DNA of 32,000 nt. Source: Legionellales bacterium. Lineage in GTDB: Bacteria > Pseudomonadota > Gammaproteobacteria > Berkiellales > Berkiellaceae. The stretch covers positions 208,216 to 240,215 of the forward strand of contig PANA01000005.1 in the NCBI GenBank assembly GCA_002708265.1, written 5' to 3'. How positions within the stretch are numbered: the stretch's first letter is position 1; each line of letters begins with the position of its first letter. Below the pieces are notes generated by a model, which did no database searches, was not told the DNA's origin, and saw only the letters and a list, made by a program, of their open reading frames with translations. The translations under genes and the position numbers were made by a program. Below are positions 1 through 8,065 of this stretch, piece by piece.

Positions 1-695
1 AACTTGCTGCAGGTGATGCGCACCTTGATATCCGGTATAACTTTTTAGTCTCACTATGGCACACTTTACAATTTGGACTAACACTTCACTCCACCCCTAA
101 ACTATTAGGGTTTATTAGCTGGTTTTGGTTTTTAGGCGCCACTATTTTGTCTCAGCTACCTAATTTTTCGAAATCAATTATTCATGGAGATGAAACTTGT
201 GTAACCTATTTTTTATGCCTGTTCACCTTAGGCGTAGGCCTGGGCTCATTAGGATGCAATATGCTTTTGAAGTCTCGAATCAGCCTAAAATTAGCACCAT
301 GGGCTGCAATGGGGTTAACGATGGCATTAATTGACTGGGGGATTGCTTCCAGTCTGTATATTCGCCCTCCAGCACCTGCTGCACTAGTAGGGATAGAAAG
401 CTTTTTAAGCTCACCTCAAGGCTGGCGCATCAGCATTGATTTATTTGCACTGTCTGCCTTTGGCGGAATGTATATTGTTCCATTCTACGCGGTAATGATG
501 AAAAGGATCGATACGGCTCATCGTGCACGGATTATCGGTTGCCTTAATATTGTTGTCTCTTTTTGGATGGCAACTTCATCTTTGTTATTGATGATACTTT
601 TTGACGCCAATATCCGCTTCATTCAAATAATATTTGGATTAGCGGTTATATCTCTTATCATCACAGGACTCAGTGTCAAGATGAGAATGACTTAG
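1..695 (+). CDS. MFS-type membrane transporter (LplT/lysophospholipid-transporter-like), 5'-truncated by the window edge
   Basis: The frame of the 147..695 ORF stays open back to nt 3 with no stop (LAAGDAHLDIRYNFLVSLWHTLQFGLTLHSTPKLLGFISWFWFLGATIL...), so the listed start at 147 is an internal TTG. The product is a run of hydrophobic helices. The GGMYIVPFYAVMMKR segment resembles the late MFS helices of LplT-like transporters. Confidence 0.55.
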   Translation, partial: LAAGDAHLDIRYNFLVSLWHTLQFGLTLHSTPKLLGFISWFWFLGATILSQLPNFSKSIIHGDETCVTYFLCLFTLGVGLGSLGCNMLLKSRISLKLAPWAAMGLTMALIDWGIASSLYIRPPAPAALVGIESFLSSPQGWRISIDLFALSAFGGMYIVPFYAVMMKRIDTAHRARIIGCLNIVVSFWMATSSLLLMILFDANIRFIQIIFGLAVISLIITGLSVKMRMT

Positions 696-3600
696 TCTTT
701 CTCATCAGGCATATCGCAAGGCGTGCCACCCATATCCATTAGCTCTCTTAATGCAACTGAATACATGGTGTAGTCTCGTTTTGGCGCCGCTTTCAAATCC
801 TGAATCATCCCTTCCCAACGTTGAACTTGAGTCTCATATTTTGAGAACCATCGATCTATACAGCCTTCCGTATCATTCTCATTCTTATGGGCACACTGAA
901 GAACCGATACAGACAAGTCTCGCTGCTTAGAGTCCAGTGAGTCTCTAAATGCTGCTCTTGCCAGAGCATCCCAATTAGAAGCCACTGGATGATTCTTTAT
1001 CTCTTCTCTGAACCAACCAAGACGAAGTTTCGCGCCAATGGCGTAGTACACTTGTGTAAAACCTTCAATTGCTAAGTGATTCTCTAGGCAAGCCTCAACA
1101 ATATCCAGTGAAGAAAACAATCCAGAAAAAGAAGAAACTCGGACTGCCAAATCAGACGGCACTCCAGCATTATGATATTTCTCAAGCGTCTCTTCCATTG
1201 CTTTTTTAGCACTGGAGCGTAGTGAAGTTGGAACCAAACTCGCTACAGTATCAATTTGTGGCTTGAATGTTTCTATCGTCTCATGGATATTCATTAAATG
1301 ACGACGGTGCCGTAATAACCAACGGGTCGCCCTTCTGGTTAATCGAATAATTTCATATAGTAATTGTGATTGAACATCAGCCGCTACACTACAGCCAAGT
1401 GCGACAACTTTTTCTCTCAAGCCAGGCACATCAAATAATGCCCGAGCAATAATATAGCCCCGAACGATGTCACACGTATCCGCACCCGTTTCATCTTTTA
1501 GTCGCTGAACGAAATTAATACCCATTTCATTCACCAGTGCATTGGATAGCTGTGTTGCTATTATCTCTCTGTATAGTCGATGCTCTCGCATCACTGACTC
1601 GTATCTTTCTTTTAGGACTTTTGGAAAGGCAGACTCTAAATAAGCAAACGCAAACTTATCTTCCGGAATCTTTGAATTAATGATTTGCTGCTTGAGTGAT
1701 ATTTTAACATACGCCATTAAAACGGCGATTTCAGGTCTAACCAAACCCAACTCGTTCTTTTTTCGTTCCTGCAATCCCTCAGTATCCGGAATAAATTCAA
1801 TCTCGCGATCCAGATTAGCCTCAGACTCTAGAACACTAATCAATCGCTTATGCATTTCGATATTGTCAGGACCAAAGAACTGAGCAACACTCAGTGCTTC
1901 TGTTTGTAGTCGGTTGTTTTCTAAGCAAAGCTCTGCCACCTCATCAGTCATCTCAACTAAAAGTTGATTTCGGTGTTTATGTGTCAGCTCGCCTTGTCTA
2001 ACCAATTCATTTAACAAAATTTTGATATTGACCTCATGGTCAGAACAATCTACCCCGGCAGAGTTGTCAATCGCATCTGTATTAACACGACCGCCTGCAA
2101 GTGCATATTCGATTCGACCAAGCTGCGTGAAACCAAGGTTTCCACCTTCACCAACAATTTTTGCACTCAGGTCTTTACCATTAATGCGAAGCTGATCATT
2201 TGCTCTATCCCCAACTTGCCCGTTGGTTTCAGAGACAGACTTCACGTAAGTACCAATTCCTCCATTCCACAAGAGATCAACAGGCGATTTAAGCATTGCC
2301 TTAATCAACTTGTTTGGTTCGATTTGGTTTTCTGACAGTCCAAAACGCTCTTTCATCTGAGGACTAACGGGGATCGATTTTGCTGAACGAGAAAATACTC
2401 CTCCCCCTTCTGAAATCAGTTCCACATTGTAATCTGTCCAATGAGTACGGGGCGTTTCAAATAAGCGCTTTCTTTCATTGAAACTCGATTTAGCGTCAGG
2501 ATTGGGGTCTACAAAGATATGCAAGTGGTTAAAGGCACCTACCAAACATATATGCTCAGACAGGAGCATCCCATTCCCAAAGACGTCCCCACTCATGTCA
2601 CCAATACCAACAACAGTAAAGTCTTCTTTTTGGCAATCAACTCCAATTTCTTTAAAGTGACGTTTAACGGATTCCCAGCCACCACGAGCGGTAATTCCCA
2701 TACCCTTATGGTCGTAACCTTCGGAGCCGCCAGAAGCAAACGCATCCGCAAGCCAAAAGTTATATTCAGCTGAAATACTGTTGGCAATATCTGAGAAGGT
2801 CGCAGTTCCCTTGTCAGCGGCCACTACTAAGTAGTAATCGTCATGATCATGACGAACAACATCGTCTGGTGGAACCACCTCTGAATTCACAAGGTTATCA
2901 GTGATGTCTAGCAACCCTCTTATGAAGGTCTTGTAACAGCTGATACCCTCTTCCATGATCTCTTCTCGAGTACCATTTAGTGGCAAACATTTTGGATAAA
3001 ACCCACCTTTTGCTCCCATTGGGACAATCACTGAGTTTTTAACGCGCTGGGCTTTCACAAGCCCTAATACCTCAGTCCTAAAGTCTTCTCGTCTGTCAGA
3101 CCATCGTAGACCACCACGGGCTACATTTGATGTTCTTAGATGTACCCCTTCAACCCTTGGTGAGTAAACAAATATTTCATACGCTGGTAAGGGTTTAGGC
3201 ATATCAGGAATAGCTTGGGGATTAATTTTAAAAGAAATATAGTGTTTTGGCGCACCACTTTCATCCTTTTGATAAAAGTTAGTTCTTAGAGTGCCATATA
3301 TTACATCTCTGTATCGTCTCAAAATCTTGTCTTCATCAAGGCTCTTAACATTATCTAAGGCCCCATTAAAAGCTTCATCTAGTTCTTTGAGAACTGACTC
3401 TTGCTTATCAAGCATATTTGGATTAAAGCGAGCATCAAACATTTGAACCAACATTTGAGCGATATCTGGGTGCTCAAACAAGGCTTTTTCAAGATAATTT
3501 TGACTAAAAGTAAATCCAATTTGCCATAAGTACTTAGCATATGCGCGAACAATAGATATTTCACGCCAAGACAATTCAGCCGCTAGAACTAAACGGTTAA

Positions 3601-5557
3601 AACCATCACTTTCCGCATTACCTGCCCAAACATGGTAAAATGCTGATTGAAAAATATCTTTGACGGTCTCAACATTAAGGTCTTTTCCACGAACATGAGA
3701 CATACAAAAATCATTAATCCAAACCATCTTTTCTTTACTAACTTGGATGCCATATGGAGCTTGGCTCTTAACCTCTAGACCAAAGTTTTCAAGCATTGGA
3801 ACGACATCAGACAATGGAATTGGACTACCCGGCTGAAAAAGCTTAAACCGCAACAATGCATTCATTTCTTCTAAGGGACGATAGAAACTCATTGCTATCG
3901 ACTTATTATTCGCTAGCCCTTCAATATGCTGAATATCAAATACTGCCATTCTGGCAGGAAAATCTTCTATGTAACTCGCAGGAAAAGCATTTTGGTAACT
4001 TTTGAAATAACGATCTCCCTGCTCATCACCAAATTGGTCTGATATGGCTGTGCTCAGTTCCTCTTCCCAGGTCAGTGAGGCCTCTGAGATTTTTCTTTCA
4101 AGCTTCTTAATATCACTTTCAACTGCTTTTGTGCCTCTTTTAATACGCACAACAAAGTAAATACGTGCTAGTAAGGAATCTGAAAAGTGGGTTGAAAAAT
4201 TCGTTTGATAGCCTCCAAAAGCATTTTGAAGAATATTAGCAATCTTTTTTCTCAACTCTGAATTAAATTTATCTCTCGGAACAAAGGCCAAGCACGAATA
4301 AAAGCTTCCAAGTATGTCTTTACGTACAAATAATCTCACCCGCAACCTTTCAGCTAGCTGCAAAACACCCATGGTGGTTTCATAGATTTCATCTGTTGAG
4401 GCTTGAATAATTTCATCACGAGGCAGCGTCTCAAGAATATTGTATATTTCTTTTCCCTCATGAGAGTCCGCGACAACATTTGCTTTATGTAAAATAGATT
4501 TTACTTTTTGTCGGGTGATAGGAATATTGTGGGGACGCTGGTTATATGCAGAGGAGGTATATAACCCAATAAATTTGTGGTGCCCTACAACACGCCCGTT
4601 CTGATCGAATTTTTTTACTGAGATAACATCAGTATATACAGGACGGTGGACGGTTGAAACGGTACTGGTTTTACCTTGAATAATTAAAGGCACTTCACCT
4701 AAAAGCTGACGCTGACCGTCATCATGCAACTCACTCAATCGATAGCTAATAGTCGGCTTTTTATGACGCAATACCCCGAGACCCGAATCTTTAGCCATCC
4801 TGAATAAAGTATCATTTTCTTCGGCACATATATCTAAGCGGTAATAGCCAATAAACGTAAAGTTGTTTTGCGTTAACCACTTAAGGAATTCAAGCGTTTC
4901 AGCCTGCTCTTCTTTGGGTACATTAACAGACAAGTTTGTTATTTCCTCAATAACATCATTTAACTTACCCTTCATTTCAGACCAGTCTTCTACACAAGCC
5001 CGTACATCATGAAATACCGCTTTTAGTTGTGACTCGATTTGTTCACAAACCCCTTCTTCCACCTGTCGGTTGATTTCAACATAAATAACAGTATTTGACG
5101 GTTTACTCGCATCAATTTTGTCATCGATCAGAATATCAACAATTTCGCCAGACTTATCTTTCACTAACTGCACATCAGATACGTACAACATTAGATGACA
5201 AAAATAGCCACGCTCATTCAGCTCGGCTCGTAGTGAATCCACCAAAAAAGGAATGTTCTCATGAACAGCCTCAACGATCGTCTTTGATGACTGCCAACCA
5301 TGTTGCTCAAATTGCGGATTGTAAACCCGAATAGACTCAGGTGAACCATTGCGCTTTTTTAAAAGCTGCCATTCCGACAAAGCAGCACCGTACAAATCAA
5401 TGATAGAGCGTTCTTTAAAGTCGTCGATAAAGATGCGCCGGTAAAAAGCATGTACAAATTTACAAAATAACTCAGCCTCTTTTTTGGGAAGTTTACTTGC
5501 TTCTCTGCAAATACGCTCAATGATTTCAGCGCGACCTATGTCGTTTTCGATGGACAT
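692..5557 (-). CDS. gdhB: NAD-specific glutamate dehydrogenase, large (about 180 kDa) bacterial GDH class
   Basis: A single ORF of about 1620 aa carries the catalytic core GGLRWSDRREDFRTEVLGLVKAQRVKNSVIVPMGAKGGF...DKGTATFSDIAN, typical of the large Bac_GDH family. The track start at 5572 is TTG. An ATG at 5557 (MSIENDIG...) is preceded by AAGAGG at SD distance, so I prefer it. Confidence 0.9.
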   Translation of the reverse strand: MSIENDIGRAEIIERICREASKLPKKEAELFCKFVHAFYRRIFIDDFKERSIIDLYGAALSEWQLLKKRNGSPESIRVYNPQFEQHGWQSSKTIVEAVHENIPFLVDSLRAELNERGYFCHLMLYVSDVQLVKDKSGEIVDILIDDKIDASKPSNTVIYVEINRQVEEGVCEQIESQLKAVFHDVRACVEDWSEMKGKLNDVIEEITNLSVNVPKEEQAETLEFLKWLTQNNFTFIGYYRLDICAEENDTLFRMAKDSGLGVLRHKKPTISYRLSELHDDGQRQLLGEVPLIIQGKTSTVSTVHRPVYTDVISVKKFDQNGRVVGHHKFIGLYTSSAYNQRPHNIPITRQKVKSILHKANVVADSHEGKEIYNILETLPRDEIIQASTDEIYETTMGVLQLAERLRVRLFVRKDILGSFYSCLAFVPRDKFNSELRKKIANILQNAFGGYQTNFSTHFSDSLLARIYFVVRIKRGTKAVESDIKKLERKISEASLTWEEELSTAISDQFGDEQGDRYFKSYQNAFPASYIEDFPARMAVFDIQHIEGLANNKSIAMSFYRPLEEMNALLRFKLFQPGSPIPLSDVVPMLENFGLEVKSQAPYGIQVSKEKMVWINDFCMSHVRGKDLNVETVKDIFQSAFYHVWAGNAESDGFNRLVLAAELSWREISIVRAYAKYLWQIGFTFSQNYLEKALFEHPDIAQMLVQMFDARFNPNMLDKQESVLKELDEAFNGALDNVKSLDEDKILRRYRDVIYGTLRTNFYQKDESGAPKHYISFKINPQAIPDMPKPLPAYEIFVYSPRVEGVHLRTSNVARGGLRWSDRREDFRTEVLGLVKAQRVKNSVIVPMGAKGGFYPKCLPLNGTREEIMEEGISCYKTFIRGLLDITDNLVNSEVVPPDDVVRHDHDDYYLVVAADKGTATFSDIANSISAEYNFWLADAFASGGSEGYDHKGMGITARGGWESVKRHFKEIGVDCQKEDFTVVGIGDMSGDVFGNGMLLSEHICLVGAFNHLHIFVDPNPDAKSSFNERKRLFETPRTHWTDYNVELISEGGGVFSRSAKSIPVSPQMKERFGLSENQIEPNKLIKAMLKSPVDLLWNGGIGTYVKSVSETNGQVGDRANDQLRINGKDLSAKIVGEGGNLGFTQLGRIEYALAGGRVNTDAIDNSAGVDCSDHEVNIKILLNELVRQGELTHKHRNQLLVEMTDEVAELCLENNRLQTEALSVAQFFGPDNIEMHKRLISVLESEANLDREIEFIPDTEGLQERKKNELGLVRPEIAVLMAYVKISLKQQIINSKIPEDKFAFAYLESAFPKVLKERYESVMREHRLYREIIATQLSNALVNEMGINFVQRLKDETGADTCDIVRGYIIARALFDVPGLREKVVALGCSVAADVQSQLLYEIIRLTRRATRWLLRHRRHLMNIHETIETFKPQIDTVASLVPTSLRSSAKKAMEETLEKYHNAGVPSDLAVRVSSFSGLFSSLDIVEACLENHLAIEGFTQVYYAIGAKLRLGWFREEIKNHPVASNWDALARAAFRDSLDSKQRDLSVSVLQCAHKNENDTEGCIDRWFSKYETQVQRWEGMIQDLKAAPKRDYTMYSVALRELMDMGGTPCDMPDEKD

Positions 5558-5684
5558 GATTTGCCTCTTCAATTTTGGAGAACTATCTGATTTATCGGCA
5601 ATGATCGTAAAAAAATTAACCTTATTATAAATATAGCTGGCACAAGATTAAATTCCCATTCGATAAAAGAATATGTTTATACTA

Positions 5685-5715
5685 GGTCACCTAAACGATT
5701 TAATTTTGGGTGACC
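5685..5715 (+). promoter_or_regulatory. 11-bp stem / 9-nt loop hairpin in the leader of the M48 protease gene
   Basis: GGTCACCTAAA-cgatttaat-TTTGGGTGACC has one T/G position, which is a G.U wobble in RNA. It ends 21 nt before the ATG at 5737 and does not include the SD. No co-directional upstream gene exists for it to terminate. Confidence 0.2.
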
Positions 5716-5736
5716 GAAGCCCAAAGAGAGGTGAGG

Positions 5737-6954
5737 ATGCGTCTACGTACAGCCCTAACTGGCCTTGTTCTACTACCAGTACTTTTTGGCTGCTCTGTTA
5801 ATCCTGTCACAGGAGCAAATGAATTCACCTTCGTCTCCCAAGCCAAAGAAATAGAGATGGGGTTGACATACTATGAACCTCTTCAGCAAGTCTCTGGGGG
5901 CCTTTATACTCGCGACCCTGCCTTGTCGGACTATGTTAGTGATGTTATTGGCAAACTAGCCAAAGTCTCTGACCGACCTGAGCTACCTTACCAAATCGTC
6001 ATTTTAGATACTAGCACTGTGAATGCATGGGCTCTCCCAGGGGGAAAAATGGCCATTCACAGAGGGTTATTACAAGAGCTAACTAGCGAGGCTGAGCTGG
6101 CTGCCGTTTTAGGCCATGAAATGGTGCACGCGGCGGCTCGTCACTCTGCCCGTCAAATGGAAAGAGCCTCTTTGTTAATGGCGGGTCTGACACTTGCTGA
6201 TGCAGCTTTGGGGGATAATAAAAATCGGACTCTAATTTTAGCTGGCGCTAGTTTTGGATCATATTTGCTTTCTTTAAAATATTCACGAGTGGATGAGAAA
6301 GAAGCAGATCACTACGGAATGATTTACATGGAGCGAGCCGGGTATGATCCTCAAGAGGCTGTTACCCTACAAAAAACATTTGTTCGCTTATTTGAGGAAG
6401 AAAAACCTGGTGTGTTTGAGCAAATGCTTGCCAGCCACCCCCCCTCTCACGATCGGGTGGAGGCCAACCAAGCTTTGGCAAATACTATGCAAGAGGGGTT
6501 GTATACAGGAAAGGACGCTTTTCAAAAAGCCACTGAAAAACTCAGAACTGACATTCCATCATACAAAAAATTAGGCATTGGATTCGAAGCGCTAGAAAAG
6601 GATGAATTAGAGCTCGCAAGAAGTCAGGCTGAAAAAGTTATGACAGCATCACCTGGCCTTCATCAAGCACATCGATTACTTGGCCTGGTTAATTTCAAAG
6701 AAGAAAACTACCAGGAAGCTATTTACCAATTTACTGTTGCTATTCGGCTACACCCTGAGTTTTACGCACCTCTCTATGAGCGCGGCTTAGCATATGAAAA
6801 GAGCGGCCAACTGGTTAAAGCTCAAAAAGATTACATTGCTTCATTAGAGCTATTGGATACAGAAGATGCGGCCGCGGGACTTAAGCGAGTAAATAAGCTC
6901 ATTCGACGTGCCGCCCGCAAAGCTAAGCGGATGAAGGCTGAGTCTGAAGAATAA
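5737..6954 (+). CDS. M48-family zinc metalloprotease lipoprotein with C-terminal TPR repeats (LoiP/BepA-like)
   Basis: It has a HEMVH zinc motif plus a downstream EKEADHYG, and a signal peptide with lipobox (LLPVLFGC). The C-terminal part has TPR-like helices (YQEAIYQFTVAIRLHPEFYAPLYERGLAYEKSGQLVKAQKDY). The track start at 5710 is GTG inside a hairpin. An ATG at 5737 with the GAGAGGTGAGG SD gives the canonical MRLRTALTG... signal peptide. Confidence 0.85.
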   Translation: MRLRTALTGLVLLPVLFGCSVNPVTGANEFTFVSQAKEIEMGLTYYEPLQQVSGGLYTRDPALSDYVSDVIGKLAKVSDRPELPYQIVILDTSTVNAWALPGGKMAIHRGLLQELTSEAELAAVLGHEMVHAAARHSARQMERASLLMAGLTLADAALGDNKNRTLILAGASFGSYLLSLKYSRVDEKEADHYGMIYMERAGYDPQEAVTLQKTFVRLFEEEKPGVFEQMLASHPPSHDRVEANQALANTMQEGLYTGKDAFQKATEKLRTDIPSYKKLGIGFEALEKDELELARSQAEKVMTASPGLHQAHRLLGLVNFKEENYQEAIYQFTVAIRLHPEFYAPLYERGLAYEKSGQLVKAQKDYIASLELLDTEDAAAGLKRVNKLIRRAARKAKRMKAESEE

Positions 6955-7963
6955 TTTCTTTTGCCGCTTTGACCCACTCATCACTATCATTCAAACAGGG
7001 GACCAGTGTAAACTTGGTTCCCCCAGACTCTAGCCACTGCTCTTTTAAACCTATACCTACCTCTTCTAAAGTCTCAAGACAATCAGCAGTAAATGCGGGA
7101 CACGCAATAACGACCTCCGTTTTACCCTGTTCGCGTAGTTGTTTAAGGTATAAATCGGTATAAGGCTGTATCCAAGGAATTTTACCTAATCGAGATTGAA
7201 AGGTGGTATGAACACGATCTGGGCTTATACCAAGCATTTGAATTAATTGGCGAGATGTTTCATAGCACTGCGCGCGATAACAGTATCGATTTGTTGGTCC
7301 AATAACTGGACAAGGCGCTTTATGATCACATGGAAAATTTTTACCATCAACAGCAACCACATCTTTAACAGGTAAGCCGTGGTAGCTAAGTACTAGCTCT
7401 GTTGTTTCGTTTACATAAGGTGAAATTTGTTTTGCTTGCGCTCTTATAAATGCATGATGATCATAAAAATCTGATATCAGTCTAATACTCGGGACAACCG
7501 TCTTTGTCGAAATGTACTGATAAATAGCCTCTACTAAAGAGCCTGTCGTGGCACTAGCATACTGGGGAAATTGGCTAAAAAGAACGATTTCGTCAGGATT
7601 AGAATACAGTATTTTATCTATAGCAACTTGCCAGTTTGGCCGCCCATGGCGCATGCCTATGTAGACCTGGGTATCGCTATCAAAAGCGCTATTTAACTTA
7701 TCTGCAAATAGCTGGGAATAATGGATTAAAGGAGAGCCTGTTTTGCTATCCCAAATTGCTTCATAGGCCTTTTTTACCTTGTAGGGTCTAAGCGGCAGAA
7801 TAATGCCCCACAACAATAGTTTTCTAAACGGAAGCGGTAATGTCAAAACGCGACGATCATCGAGAAAATTCTTCAAATACCGCCTAATAGGGGCCACTTT
7901 TGGGGCATCTGGGGAACCCAGATTTAGACATAGAACGGCTCGCCGAGTCACGCAATTCTCCAA
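6923..7963 (-). CDS. hemH: ferrochelatase
   Basis: The N-terminus AVLCLNLGSPDAP, the LVLSYHGLPV block and the overall length of about 340 aa match the ferrochelatase family. The start is uncertain: TTG at 7963 or GTG at 7951 (MTRRAVL..., preceded by TGGAGA). The 3' end overlaps the convergent M48 gene by 32 nt. Confidence 0.85.
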   Translation of the reverse strand: MENCVTRRAVLCLNLGSPDAPKVAPIRRYLKNFLDDRRVLTLPLPFRKLLLWGIILPLRPYKVKKAYEAIWDSKTGSPLIHYSQLFADKLNSAFDSDTQVYIGMRHGRPNWQVAIDKILYSNPDEIVLFSQFPQYASATTGSLVEAIYQYISTKTVVPSIRLISDFYDHHAFIRAQAKQISPYVNETTELVLSYHGLPVKDVVAVDGKNFPCDHKAPCPVIGPTNRYCYRAQCYETSRQLIQMLGISPDRVHTTFQSRLGKIPWIQPYTDLYLKQLREQGKTEVVIACPAFTADCLETLEEVGIGLKEQWLESGGTKFTLVPCLNDSDEWVKAAKEIILQTQPSSA

Positions 7964-8065
7964 AGTTTAATTATGCCACTGACCTGCAACAAAATAGCAT
8001 GTCTGAAATGGCGATACTAGGTGCTGTCTCTTATACTAATTAAGATATCCAAGTGAGAATCTTAT

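Noticed and set aside
1680-5334. Seven short plus- or minus-strand ORFs (60-99 aa) inside the gdh gene: 1680..1883, 2036..2335, 2478..2660, 2519..2773, 2593..2787, 3379..3564 and 5095..5334.
   Set aside because: All lie fully within, antisense to or out of frame with a 1.6-kaa gene of unmistakable identity. Their translations are low-complexity with no SD or recognisable motif, as expected for chance ORFs in a long gene.
5638-5655. TGGCAC at 5638..5643, which looks like a sigma-54 -24 element upstream of the M48 gene. A similar AGGCAC lies at about 13528 upstream of prkA.
   Set aside because: The required -12 TTGC(A/T) at the correct 5-nt spacing is absent in both cases (TAAAT and AGAAT instead).
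7964-8065. PmrA-type tandem TTAAT boxes (Legionella/Coxiella effector regulon) upstream of the 920-aa gene, and at 23880..23900 upstream of the 960-aa gene.
   Set aside because: Only single TTAA(T/G) occurrences, or a TTAAA/TCAAT pair at 10-nt rather than 11-nt periodicity, are present. There is no convincing tandem repeat.
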